38,163 nucleotides of DNA from positions 1-38,163 of IMG/VR virus record IMGVR_UViG_3300023197_000052. One strand, written 5' to 3'. This DNA comes from a virus (taxonomy: Duplodnaviria > Caudoviricetes). The notes beneath the pieces were generated by a model. That model was not told the DNA's origin. It ran no database searches and saw only the letters and a program-made list of their open reading frames with translations. Made by a program: the position numbers and the translations under genes. Shown here in pieces: positions 1-9,000 of the stretch. Each line of letters starts with the position of its first letter. Positions within the stretch are counted from its first letter, which is position 1.

Positions 1-33
1 GATGTCGCGCACCGGATCGACCTCGCCGTAGAG

Positions 34-72
34 CGGCGATCGAAATGGCAAAGTGTGACAGTAGTTGGCAAA
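34..72 (+). repeat. Left-end transposase-binding-type repeats (two adjacent ~20-bp sites)
   Basis: CGGCGATCGAAATGGCAA (34-51) is the exact reverse complement of 38001-38018; GTGTGACAGTAGTTGGCAAA (53-72) matches the reverse complement of 37864-37883 at 18/20. Confidence 0.85.
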
Positions 73-91
73 GACCCGCCGCGCGCACCTT

Positions 92-120
92 GACCGCCTG
101 CCCTGGGCGGTCTTTTTTTT
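92..120 (+). terminator. Intrinsic terminator pointing inward from the left end
   Basis: GACCGCC...GGCGGTC stem followed by T8. Confidence 0.75.
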
Positions 121-334
121 CGCACCTGGCCCCGGGGTGGGGCCTGGCCGGCGGGTCGCGGGGCCACGTCCCCCGAGGAATGGGTCTGGCGTGAGGCCAG
201 GTCGGCCGGTGAGCGTTGGGGCTCGGCCGGGCCGGGGTCTCGGGGGCCGCCGTTGGGTGGCGTGTTATGCGGTTTTCAATGATCCTTAAACGGGCCGCCG
301 AAGGCCCGCTGAAGCCAAATGATCAGCCGAAGGT

Positions 335-658
335 CTACTCCGAAAGCGGGCCCGCGTCCCGGGTGACCGCCGATCCCTGGCCATACTGCGTTTGCTTCGC
401 TGGCCGGTACGGCACCCAATGATTGAGCTTTTCCCGCCGTTTGTCGCATCCGCCGCAGGCTCTGATGCCCATCGCCCGCGTGATAGTGGCGATCGTGTCG
501 CCCAGGCCACGACTCGGCTCTATCCCTTCTCGTATCAAGCCCCACACCTTCGCCGGCAACTGCACCGTCTTTCCGTCGTGCACCACACGAAGCGCGTGAC
601 GCCTGAGTTCATCCGCGTGCTCGGGGTGTCGGTCAAGATCGACGCTGACGAGTTTCAT
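335..658 (-). CDS. Small Cys-containing phage protein (GLGDTI...CGGCxxR motif)
   Basis: Last gene of the late operon, ATGA overlap with the upstream gene; GLGDTIATITRAMGIRACGGCDKRREKLN resembles a motif I associate with tail-end genes of Planctomycete phages. Confidence 0.65.
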   Translation of the reverse strand: MKLVSVDLDRHPEHADELRRHALRVVHDGKTVQLPAKVWGLIREGIEPSRGLGDTIATITRAMGIRACGGCDKRREKLNHWVPYRPAKQTQYGQGSAVTRDAGPLSE

Positions 659-1278
659 GGGGAAACCTCCGAGACGGTGATGTTGACGTACTTAAATGAC
701 CAGTTCTGCTGGGTCGTATCGTCGCATTGTGCGAAAGTCTCAGCCGTCTTCTCTCTACAATTCGTGTCCGGATAAGCACCGGTGATGCCCTCACCGCACG
801 GCTTTTCAGTTGATACCAATTGCCCGTCTGAAACTGAATTATCCACGGTTCCCTGAAAAGTGACTATGTATTTGCCATCGTCCGTAAGACTCAAAAACGC
901 CTTTTCGACGAGCATGAAAATGTCGTTGCCGTCGGCGTTGTTGCACGCGATACAGACAACCCTTTGATCGGCGGACAGCCTGACGGAATCCCATGATGCA
1001 CAGATGCCAATGTCATCGTCTTGCGCGCTCACACGCCGCGTGAATGTGCATGAAGCGACCTGGTTGGTGCAGTTGGGATCGTCGTACACCAGTGCGGTCG
1101 CCGTGATGTCGTATTCGTAGTTCCATCCGTTTCGAGGAAAATCTGACTTTTGTGGCGTGCCGCTGGGCCAGCATGTGCAGCAACACGGATCGTCACAGCA
1201 GCCACTGCAATCCTTGTCCGCCTTATCGACGGGCTGGCCGTTTTTCTCTAAAGGTTGTCCGCTCGCGTTCTCTAGCAA
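655..1278 (-). CDS. Cys-rich hypothetical tail-end protein
   Basis: 207 aa ORF in operon with CSGCC...CCCTC cluster; start codon uncertain; visibly lower GC. Confidence 0.6.
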   Translation of the reverse strand: MLENASGQPLEKNGQPVDKADKDCSGCCDDPCCCTCWPSGTPQKSDFPRNGWNYEYDITATALVYDDPNCTNQVASCTFTRRVSAQDDDIGICASWDSVRLSADQRVVCIACNNADGNDIFMLVEKAFLSLTDDGKYIVTFQGTVDNSVSDGQLVSTEKPCGEGITGAYPDTNCREKTAETFAQCDDTTQQNWSFKYVNITVSEVSP

Positions 1279-2273
1279 CTTGCCTTATCCAGCCATTTGA
1301 GTGTGCCCGAGTCGTTCTTCAAATACTGCTCATTCGATGCGTTGTAGCCGCTGATCGTTTTCAGCTCCGCCTCGATGGTGGTGGGCTCCCAGCAGCCGCT
1401 GGAATGATTCCACCGCAACAGTTGTCCGGCCGCCGGCGAGCTGCACGTCGTGATACCGGCCGTGCCGTCAGGATGGGTGATTTGGATCGTTTGCGGCATC
1501 GCGCTTTTGTCGATGTGCCCGGCCTCATCCCAATAAATGCGGCCCGCGACGGATCCGTCCGGATTTTTCACTTGGGTCGAGCTGGTGTAGCTTTTGGGCG
1601 AGTTGTGCTTGGGCACAATGTCCGGGGCGCTGGTGCTGCCCTCGTTTTTGAAGGCGATGTAGCCGTCAAGCTGTGTGCGCTGGTTTTCGCCGCGCAGCTT
1701 AAACACCTTTTCATTCAGCGCTTTGATCAAGCGCCCCAGAGCGCCGAACCGCAGCGTGCGGTGGTAAAAGCGAATCACTGGCGTGCCCCATTGCGGCAGA
1801 TGCGTGATCGAAAACTTAGCGCTGTCGTGGTTGCCCGCGTTGCTCCTCGCCGCCAAACGCCGATCGAAAATGCGCGTCGAGGGCGAATCGCCCGAGCGGT
1901 CCGTGAAAGTGACCGGATTCTGGTCTTTGTCCAATCGCTCGACGATATACCAGTATCCTTCTTGGCTACCGTCGCCGCCGCGTGCGATCACCGCCAGAAT
2001 GTTGTCGTAGGCGCAATACCAATTGCCCTCGCCCTCGATGTCATGGACGTGGTCAAAGTCAACGCCGTCGAACTTGCGCGGGTTGTTTAGAACCGAGCCA
2101 TCCGCGGCGCGCTGCGTGGCGGTGTACACGCCGGCGCCGGTCGCCTCGCCGTCAATGATGGCGACATACTGCTCGTGCGGATCGGTCTGCGCGTGGCCGC
2201 TGGCGCGCTGCTGCGTCTGCTCGGAGAGCTGCCGCTTGGTGCGCTCGAGGTTGTGGCCGATCGGCTCGCTCAC
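1272..2273 (-). CDS. Putative tail fibre / minor tail protein
   Basis: 333 aa, ATGA-coupled, distal tail position, fibre-like GQLLRWN...WEP and GTLKW segments. Confidence 0.6.
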   Translation of the reverse strand: MSEPIGHNLERTKRQLSEQTQQRASGHAQTDPHEQYVAIIDGEATGAGVYTATQRAADGSVLNNPRKFDGVDFDHVHDIEGEGNWYCAYDNILAVIARGGDGSQEGYWYIVERLDKDQNPVTFTDRSGDSPSTRIFDRRLAARSNAGNHDSAKFSITHLPQWGTPVIRFYHRTLRFGALGRLIKALNEKVFKLRGENQRTQLDGYIAFKNEGSTSAPDIVPKHNSPKSYTSSTQVKNPDGSVAGRIYWDEAGHIDKSAMPQTIQITHPDGTAGITTCSSPAAGQLLRWNHSSGCWEPTTIEAELKTISGYNASNEQYLKNDSGTLKWLDKASC

Positions 2274-2920
2274 TCGCTGATAATCTCCGTGGTGATGTTG
2301 GTCACGGCCGTTGGTGCGCTCGCGTCGGCCGTGGCCGTGGCTGTTTGCGTGTTGGTTTCTTCAGCACCGCCCGACGCGACCGCGCGGACGCCCACCTCGA
2401 CGGTCGTGCCACCGGCGAACGTGCCGACGCTGGCGGTCTGTTCACGCTTGTTCGCATCAAAGCTGACATTGGCGACGGCGTTGTTGTAATCCACCCCATT
2501 GCCTGAGCCGCCATCGGTGTAGACATTGAAGCTGGCCGGGCTGACCTCCTCGTGCTGATTGAAATACGACCAGGCGACCTCGAGTTCGCCGCCGGCCAGC
2601 GCATACGCTCGCACCGTCGCCGGGGCGTTGGGCGCGGCGCCGATCAAGTCACCATTGGCATCGAACGCCACCCGCCTGAGCCTTCCGGGCGGCTGCTCGA
2701 TGCCGCAACGCGTCACGGCTTGCACATGAACGAACCGCTCGCTGTTCGCGCCGCCGCCCGAAAACGTGTATCCGGTACTTCCGGGCGGCAGATACGCCAA
2801 CAGCGAATCGCTGCCGTTGCGCGTCGAACGCCCAAGCACCTTGTACCCCGCCAGACTGTCGGGGCGAAAGTTCCGGGGGCGAAAGCCGACCGGCCGAAAT
2901 GTCAAAGGCCGTTGAATCAT
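2270..2920 (-). CDS. Minor tail protein with fibronectin type III-like domain
   Basis: PNAP...LEVAW...FNVY...VGVRAV...APTAV pattern typical of FN3. Confidence 0.65.
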   Translation of the reverse strand: MIQRPLTFRPVGFRPRNFRPDSLAGYKVLGRSTRNGSDSLLAYLPPGSTGYTFSGGGANSERFVHVQAVTRCGIEQPPGRLRRVAFDANGDLIGAAPNAPATVRAYALAGGELEVAWSYFNQHEEVSPASFNVYTDGGSGNGVDYNNAVANVSFDANKREQTASVGTFAGGTTVEVGVRAVASGGAEETNTQTATATADASAPTAVTNITTEIISE

Positions 2921-2923
2921 GCT

Positions 2924-3499
2924 TTAAGAAATCGTCGAAGCGGTGAACTCGCCGTTCTGGTTAAACGTGACGTCAAACACATCGTTGCTGTCGCTTTGAT
3001 CGCGGAACGTCAGCGTCTTCGTGCCATCGCCGTTGTCGGTCACAGTCGCGTTGGGTGAAGCGAGGTACGCCAAAAGCATCTCCATCAGCGTCTTTTGGCT
3101 CACGCCATCGACCGTCGCGGCGTCGGCCGGCACGCCCATGTCTTGCCACCAAACGGTGCCGTCGCCGCTCACCGACGTGTCGCCACTGTTCTGGCTTTTA
3201 ACGTACAGCCGCACGACGTCACCGCTTTTGACCGGCAGCGTGATGATTGATCGCCGCAGGATCGAGGTGTCGCCGCTCGTACGCTTGTTGATGGCCGTGT
3301 GCTCGGCCTGTTTTTCGCCATTGCCGCGATCGACGGTGGCGTCGATCTCAAACACCGTGCGGCTTCCGGTCGTCAAACCACTTGGGACCAGCAGCCCGAG
3401 CCCCAGCAATCCATCGCGGGCCGCCGTGTAATTCAATACCGCCGATCGCGTGGTCAGATCCAGAGCGCTGAAGCTTTGTCTCGCCGCGTTGATGCTCAT
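2924..3499 (-). CDS. Hypothetical virion/tail protein
   Basis: 191 aa, translationally coupled within the tail operon. Confidence 0.6.
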   Translation of the reverse strand: MSINAARQSFSALDLTTRSAVLNYTAARDGLLGLGLLVPSGLTTGSRTVFEIDATVDRGNGEKQAEHTAINKRTSGDTSILRRSIITLPVKSGDVVRLYVKSQNSGDTSVSGDGTVWWQDMGVPADAATVDGVSQKTLMEMLLAYLASPNATVTDNGDGTKTLTFRDQSDSNDVFDVTFNQNGEFTASTIS

Positions 3500-4239
3500 G
3501 CTCGTGTTCCCAGCTCGTACAAAAACTGAATCTCTTGCTCGCCCAACACATGGTCGTAAATCGCCACTTCATCAACTGCGCCGTCGAAATACCCGCGGAT
3601 GCCCGATGACTCAGTGTCCACCGTCGCCCCGATCGCCGTGGCGTGCTGGGCGGTGTCGATGTCCCCGCTGCCGGCGGTGTTCGTGCTGTTGATCGGCATC
3701 TCGATCCCGTCCATGTAGGCCGTCAGATCGTCCTCGTTGCCGCCGGGAAAGGTCAGCGCGTACATGTGCCACTCGCCGTCAGTGATGTCTTTTCCCGAAG
3801 GCTCATCCCACACACGGTTTCCGTTCGAGGTTCTGAGCGCGACCGTGTCGTTTTCGATGTAAAAGGTGAACTGTTCATTGCCTCGCGTTTCGCTGCTGAA
3901 CTCATCGCCCAGATCGACCATGGCGTTGGCTGGAAAAGTCGCGTCTGTGCTGGTCGTCTTTGCCCAAACCACGATCGTGCGGGGCTCGTTGTCGATCACC
4001 ACCGCCGTCTGCACGGCAGCGCGCTCATCGGTTCCGTTGAACGTCACGGCCATGTCCGTGTCGCCGATCAAAGCGCCGTCCTGAGCCAGCGCCGGCGAGT
4101 TCTCATAGGCCATGTCGTTCACGCCCAGCTCGTCGATCGCGGTCATGCCGTGCGATTCGCCGAGCCGCCAATAGCCGACCGGGCCGAGCTCGAGCACGGC
4201 GGAGCGGTAGGCCGCGTGGTGTATCGATGCTGTTTGCAT
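3496..4239 (-). CDS. LamG/concanavalin-A-like domain tail protein
   Basis: PVGYWRLGE, DGEWHMYALTF, YFDGAVDEVAIYDHVL motifs; ATG at 4239 overlaps the upstream stop. Confidence 0.85.
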   Translation of the reverse strand: MQTASIHHAAYRSAVLELGPVGYWRLGESHGMTAIDELGVNDMAYENSPALAQDGALIGDTDMAVTFNGTDERAAVQTAVVIDNEPRTIVVWAKTTSTDATFPANAMVDLGDEFSSETRGNEQFTFYIENDTVALRTSNGNRVWDEPSGKDITDGEWHMYALTFPGGNEDDLTAYMDGIEMPINSTNTAGSGDIDTAQHATAIGATVDTESSGIRGYFDGAVDEVAIYDHVLGEQEIQFLYELGTRA

Positions 4240-4619
4240 CACACGTCCTCGCTTTGCTGCCAACTCAGCGTCGCTTCGCCGGCGTTGCCGGTAGCCTGCG
4301 GCACGCCGGCCTGCACGCCGATCGGCAAATCCGCCAACCCGTCGAAGGTTTCATACACGCTTGTTTCATTGCCGGCCGGGTCGATCACGCTCAGCCCATA
4401 CGCCAACAGCGCGCACTTATCGTCCGGCCCATAGCGTGCATCCACGGTGCGGTTGCTTTGATTCTGGCTCACCTTCGCCGGCGTCTCCTTCACCAGCGCG
4501 CCGCCGGCCGGCTGCGCGTTGGCGAGCTTGGCCACGTTCTCATCGCCCACGTACAGACGAAGCTGGTCCTGCTTCGTCCAGTTCGCTTTGACCGAGGTTG
4601 TGAGCTTGAGGATGGCCAT
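4239..4619 (-). CDS. Hypothetical tail protein
   Basis: 126 aa from ATG 4619 (MAILKLTTS), TGATG coupling with the upstream gene. Confidence 0.6.
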   Translation of the reverse strand: MAILKLTTSVKANWTKQDQLRLYVGDENVAKLANAQPAGGALVKETPAKVSQNQSNRTVDARYGPDDKCALLAYGLSVIDPAGNETSVYETFDGLADLPIGVQAGVPQATGNAGEATLSWQQSEDV

Positions 4620-6814
4620 CAGGCGATGCCCTCCGTCTGCGCGGTGTCGCTTAAATGCAGCCGCACGAGCTGGCGACTCGATCCGCCGAGGTTGAAGGTC
4701 AGCCCCACGACGCTCGGGGCCCGGCTCTCGTCGGCGTTGGTCGTAAATCCAAGATTTCGGCCAGTGAGCCCGGTGATCCGATCGCCCACGCGCCAGCGGT
4801 CGAACATCATCAGCCACGTCGAGGCGGCGATCGAGATGCGCTGGCTCTCCATCTGATCGCGCTTGCGCTCAGCCGCTTGTTGCACGCTCGTCACCACATC
4901 CGCGTTTCCGGCGGTGATGGTCTGGCCTTTGGTCTTTTGCCACGACCCGCTGCTGTTAAACACGCTCTTGGTCGATCGCCAGTGCTCGGCGAAGTCGAGC
5001 TCGAGGTACTGGCCCTTCTCGTAGTCGCTGCCGGCGCTCGCTTGCTTGGTCGCGTCGTAGCGCGCCGCGTGGTCGCCCTCGACCACGCAGGTCAAGCGAA
5101 ACTGGAGCTGCTCGTTGAGGATCAGTTGCCACCAGCTCTCGGTCGGCAGGGCGACAAACTTGTTGCTGGTGCGCAGCTTGTCGATGTTGACCGCCGCCAG
5201 GTTTTCGACGGCGGATCCGGTCAGCTCGATGCCGAACCAGCTATCGAGCGTGCGGAAGTTGAGGCTGGTCACATCGTGCCAGGTCGAGCCGCCGTCCTCG
5301 CTGACCTCCAGCTTGTAGTCAGCGCCCACCAGCCGCTGGCTCGCATCGCGCAACGGCAGCGCCTGCCGCACGCGGCGCGACCACACGATGTCGTCGGTGA
5401 TGCCGAGGTTGCTTCGCTCGGTCGCCAGGGCGCTGTTGTTGATATCGAGAAAGCTCACCCAATCAAAGCCATTGGCGTCATGCTGATACAGCCCGCTCTG
5501 ATAGCCGTTGCCGTCGCCGGCCCACGCGCCGCTGCAATCCAGCCCCCACAGCCGGCCGACGTGGCCGAACTCGGCGAATTGCTCGCGGCCGGCGACGTGC
5601 TTTTCGTGATACGAGCTGTCGCCCTTGTCATCCAACAACGTCGCATCGACCGTCGCCCCATCGACGTCACCTGGATTCCACAGCGGCTTGAGCGGCACAC
5701 TCACTTCAACAAGCGACCGCGCGAAACCGCGCACCTCGTTGACCACCGGCACCGCGTCGTATTGGCCGCGCACCATCGACACGTCGTTGCGCCGCAGTTG
5801 ATCGGCGGTTTTGGACGAAAACTGGCCGCGCCTTTCCAGCTTGAGATCGTTTTCCGGGCCGGCGTTTTGGCGCCATAGCTTCAGCTCGTACGCGTGCTGA
5901 TCCGGCTGGCCCGAGCGGGGCAGGTTCGCCATCTCGAAGCCGGCCTCCGCGCAGACGCGCTGGATTGCTTCGAGCGGGCCCAGACCGTGCACGTCCACCT
6001 CCGGCAGCCGATCGTCGAGCCCGCCCCAGCGGCCCGTGTTTTTTGTGCCATTGAGCGCGTCGCGTGTGTCCTCCTCAACCACGATCTGCCGATCGATGTT
6101 GCCATCCGGCCCGTAAATCCAGACCGCGATCAGCGTTTGTAGCGCATCGCGCACCGTCCACCAGGTCGCGGCCGCGTTGTCGGGGTCGGTGAAGGCGCGG
6201 TAATCGAAATTGAAGGTGGGGTGGTCAAAGCTTTGGCCGCCGTGCATGTTCGGCCGGCCGTTGAAGTTAAACACGGCCGGCATCGACGGCGTCTCAAGAA
6301 TGCGAATGCGGGTCGCCGTTTGAAAACTGGGGTGATAATACCACTGCCCGCGAATGATCCGGCCGGTGACCTGGTTGTCGATCACCGGAAACGGCACGGC
6401 GACGAGCCGAAGCTGCTCGTTTTCCCGCCCCCCCGAAGCATCGATCGTGAACGGCGTCCGCTGCAAAGCGCCGGCGAACATCAGCCGCCCCCCGGACGCG
6501 CCGCCCTCGCCGCCGAACGCATCGAGCGGCGTGGTGTAAACCGCCACCTGGTCATCGACGTTGTAGCGCGAGAAAAGCGACTCGATCGACTGATCGCGAT
6601 CGAACGGCACGACCTCCATTGTCACGTGGCCGGGGTTCACCCCAGTCTGCCATCGCACCTGGTTGACGCGCAGCAGTGGATCCCACTCGAAGCCGCTGTC
6701 TTTGGTCAGCTTCTTGTAATCACTTCCCCCGTATACCGCAGGGCGCACGTACACATCCGTGCGCACCTCGCGCTGGATCGGGCTTGAGGTTGGGGGACTG
6801 GATTGCCTGCTCAT
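4619..6814 (-). CDS. Large tail tip / hub (Tal-like) protein
   Basis: 731 aa following tape measure and Dit-like genes; C-terminal WRVGDRI...VVGLTFNL...VRLHL hub-type pattern. Confidence 0.65.
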   Translation of the reverse strand: MSRQSSPPTSSPIQREVRTDVYVRPAVYGGSDYKKLTKDSGFEWDPLLRVNQVRWQTGVNPGHVTMEVVPFDRDQSIESLFSRYNVDDQVAVYTTPLDAFGGEGGASGGRLMFAGALQRTPFTIDASGGRENEQLRLVAVPFPVIDNQVTGRIIRGQWYYHPSFQTATRIRILETPSMPAVFNFNGRPNMHGGQSFDHPTFNFDYRAFTDPDNAAATWWTVRDALQTLIAVWIYGPDGNIDRQIVVEEDTRDALNGTKNTGRWGGLDDRLPEVDVHGLGPLEAIQRVCAEAGFEMANLPRSGQPDQHAYELKLWRQNAGPENDLKLERRGQFSSKTADQLRRNDVSMVRGQYDAVPVVNEVRGFARSLVEVSVPLKPLWNPGDVDGATVDATLLDDKGDSSYHEKHVAGREQFAEFGHVGRLWGLDCSGAWAGDGNGYQSGLYQHDANGFDWVSFLDINNSALATERSNLGITDDIVWSRRVRQALPLRDASQRLVGADYKLEVSEDGGSTWHDVTSLNFRTLDSWFGIELTGSAVENLAAVNIDKLRTSNKFVALPTESWWQLILNEQLQFRLTCVVEGDHAARYDATKQASAGSDYEKGQYLELDFAEHWRSTKSVFNSSGSWQKTKGQTITAGNADVVTSVQQAAERKRDQMESQRISIAASTWLMMFDRWRVGDRITGLTGRNLGFTTNADESRAPSVVGLTFNLGGSSRQLVRLHLSDTAQTEGIA

Positions 6815-7191
6815 CGCGATAGCTGCTGCCAGGTAAATTGCACGCCCACGCGGACGTCGCTGTTGTTGGGCCGGATGCCGCCGTTTTGGCGGAACTCGGC
6901 CAGGTCGAGGTTTTGATACTGCTGGCCGTGGATCGTCACGCTGTGGGTCGTGTCATCGGCTTGCATCGATTCGTACGTGTCGAGCTCATTTTGCAGGTCC
7001 GCGATTGTGGCGGCGGTGAGGGTGCCGCTGATCACCAGGTTGCGCGGCTGGATCGGGCCTTTGACGACAAACCTTCCCGGCGCGCCCGGAAACCGCTCGG
7101 TGCGCCGGCCGGCGGCGCTGGCGGTCGGCCGGCGCAAGCGCCAGTCGGCTCGCTGGTTCACGGGCGTGTTGTCGATCGAATAAACGGCCAT
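6811..7191 (-). CDS. Putative distal tail (Dit-like) protein
   Basis: 126 aa directly after the tape measure gene; RNLVISGTL...VQFTWQQ beta pattern. Confidence 0.55.
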   Translation of the reverse strand: MAVYSIDNTPVNQRADWRLRRPTASAAGRRTERFPGAPGRFVVKGPIQPRNLVISGTLTAATIADLQNELDTYESMQADDTTHSVTIHGQQYQNLDLAEFRQNGGIRPNNSDVRVGVQFTWQQLSR

Positions 7192-7237
7192 TGGCTAATG
7201 TCTGATGTCTGATCTCTGATGGCTGATGTTGATGCGG

Positions 7238-8911
7238 TTACTGGTCCGGTCGCTTGCCTCTCACCGCGTCGTCCAGGTCGCCGGTGTCGGGGTCTTTGGC
7301 GCCGTTGAACTGCTGGGCGATGTTGATGTTGGTGATGCCCTCGGGCGAACGAAAAGTCGAACCCACCTCGACATTGCCGCCCGCATTCTCGATGCCTTCG
7401 ATCACGCCGGACCGCACGTCGCCGGTGGCGGCATCCAACCCCGGTGTTCCAGCGCCGACCCCGACCGGAATCCCGATTGTGCTGGAGCCAATGTCACTTG
7501 GCACGCTGAGCGTGAGCGCTTGCTCCACCGCCTTTGCGGTGCTGAATCCCCGAGCCACCGCATCGTCGAATACCTCCAGTGCCGCGTTTTTTTCGGCGGC
7601 GGATATATCGCCGCTTAGCACCTCTTCTTCGAGCTGTCGGGACAGTGTGGATCGGATGAACTTTTGCTGCGTTGCCTTCGTGCTTGATTGCCGCCCAACC
7701 TTCTCTTGAGCCTCCTGGCGTTTCGCCGCGCGATTCAATCGGAAACGCGGCGACTCGGCTTCGATTTCAGCGAGCCGCTCCCCGGTCAAATTGACCTGGC
7801 TGGGATCAGCCTGGCCCGCCTGGCGCACCGCCTGGATGCGCGACTTAAACTTCTTGAATACCTCGTCCTTGGTCAGAATGCCCGCGAGCGGCCCGGCCTC
7901 GGTGCCGAAGATGCCGGCAAATTGTTTCTCGCTGATCTCGCCCTTGTCGCGTGCTTCTTTAACCCGCTCCAGCGCCGTGATCGTGTCCGTGCCCACCGGC
8001 ACGCCGATCTCGGGCAGCACCTCTTTACCCGTCTGCGATCGCTGAGCGCCAAGCAACTGGATCAGCCGTTTGCCCGCGGTGGCGGCGCGTCGCGTGGGCA
8101 GGCCCTGACCGGTGATGCCGGAGATAAAGCCGCCTGCCTCAGCCACGCTGAGCCCGCCCTCGGTCGTCGCCTCGCCGATGATGTCACCGAACGCTGGTCC
8201 AAGCGCGGCCGGGTTCTTCTCGCCCGCTTGCTCGATCGTTTTGAACAAAATGTTCTGGGCGCGCTTCGGGTCGCGCCCCGGAAGCTGGCTCTGGAGCGTG
8301 AGCAGCGGATCGGCGACGGTTTTGATCCCGCCCTGGGTCGTGGTCGCGCTTTCGAGGATTTCGTTGATGATGCGCTGCTGCTGCTCGGTCGACGACTGGC
8401 CGCGCCGGCTTTTGATTTCGGCCAGCAAGTTCACGCCGGCGGTCGGGTCCAATCCCTGCTCAGCGGCTGCCCGTCGCGCCTCGTTGATGTCCTCGGTCGA
8501 TGCGCCGAGAAAGCGCGCCTCTGTGCTGGCGTTGATCGCGTCGCGTTGCAGCCGGGCGTTTTCCTTTAGATGCCGATTCGCCTCCGCGATCGCTGACGCG
8601 TAAGCACGAAATGCCGCGACCACCCCGCCGACGCCGAGCATGCCGCCGGCCAACGATGCCACCGACTTCGCCGCTCCCTTCAGGCTCTGGCCGAAGCTGT
8701 CGGTTTGAGTCCTTGCTCCGCGAGCCCGTCGATCGAGCTGGTTGTAATTACGCGCCAGCTCCGCGTGCTGTTTCGCCGCGCGCGACGCCTGGTCGCCGGT
8801 CTTATCGACGACCCGGCCCAGCGCCTTGGTCGAGCGCGTCGTCTCCTTGAGCTTGCGCTCGGCCTGGCGGTTGTCCGCCGAGATGCGGTATTTGATCTCA
8901 CCTTCGGCCAT
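7238..8911 (-). CDS. Tail tape measure protein
   Basis: 557 aa, Ala/Gln-rich helical, N-terminal IKYRISAD motif, Gly/Ala-rich hydrophobic stretch, syntenic position. Confidence 0.8.
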   Translation of the reverse strand: MAEGEIKYRISADNRQAERKLKETTRSTKALGRVVDKTGDQASRAAKQHAELARNYNQLDRRARGARTQTDSFGQSLKGAAKSVASLAGGMLGVGGVVAAFRAYASAIAEANRHLKENARLQRDAINASTEARFLGASTEDINEARRAAAEQGLDPTAGVNLLAEIKSRRGQSSTEQQQRIINEILESATTTQGGIKTVADPLLTLQSQLPGRDPKRAQNILFKTIEQAGEKNPAALGPAFGDIIGEATTEGGLSVAEAGGFISGITGQGLPTRRAATAGKRLIQLLGAQRSQTGKEVLPEIGVPVGTDTITALERVKEARDKGEISEKQFAGIFGTEAGPLAGILTKDEVFKKFKSRIQAVRQAGQADPSQVNLTGERLAEIEAESPRFRLNRAAKRQEAQEKVGRQSSTKATQQKFIRSTLSRQLEEEVLSGDISAAEKNAALEVFDDAVARGFSTAKAVEQALTLSVPSDIGSSTIGIPVGVGAGTPGLDAATGDVRSGVIEGIENAGGNVEVGSTFRSPEGITNINIAQQFNGAKDPDTGDLDDAVRGKRPDQ

Positions 8912-9000
8912 GGTTGGGCTATGTGCTGTTGGCTGTTGACTGTTGGCTCGTCACACGTCTGGTCTGGCCAATGGCTCACGGCCAAGGGCCAACGGCTTGC

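Noticed and set aside
3-5. TGT at the window start and CA at 38030-38031 as phage termini
   Set aside because: Not symmetric relative to the outer binding sites, and no flanking direct repeat found.
335-4239. Diversity-generating retroelement or invertible tail-fibre segment (Mu G/gin)
   Set aside because: No reverse transcriptase, invertase, template/variable repeat pair or flanking inverted sites seen.
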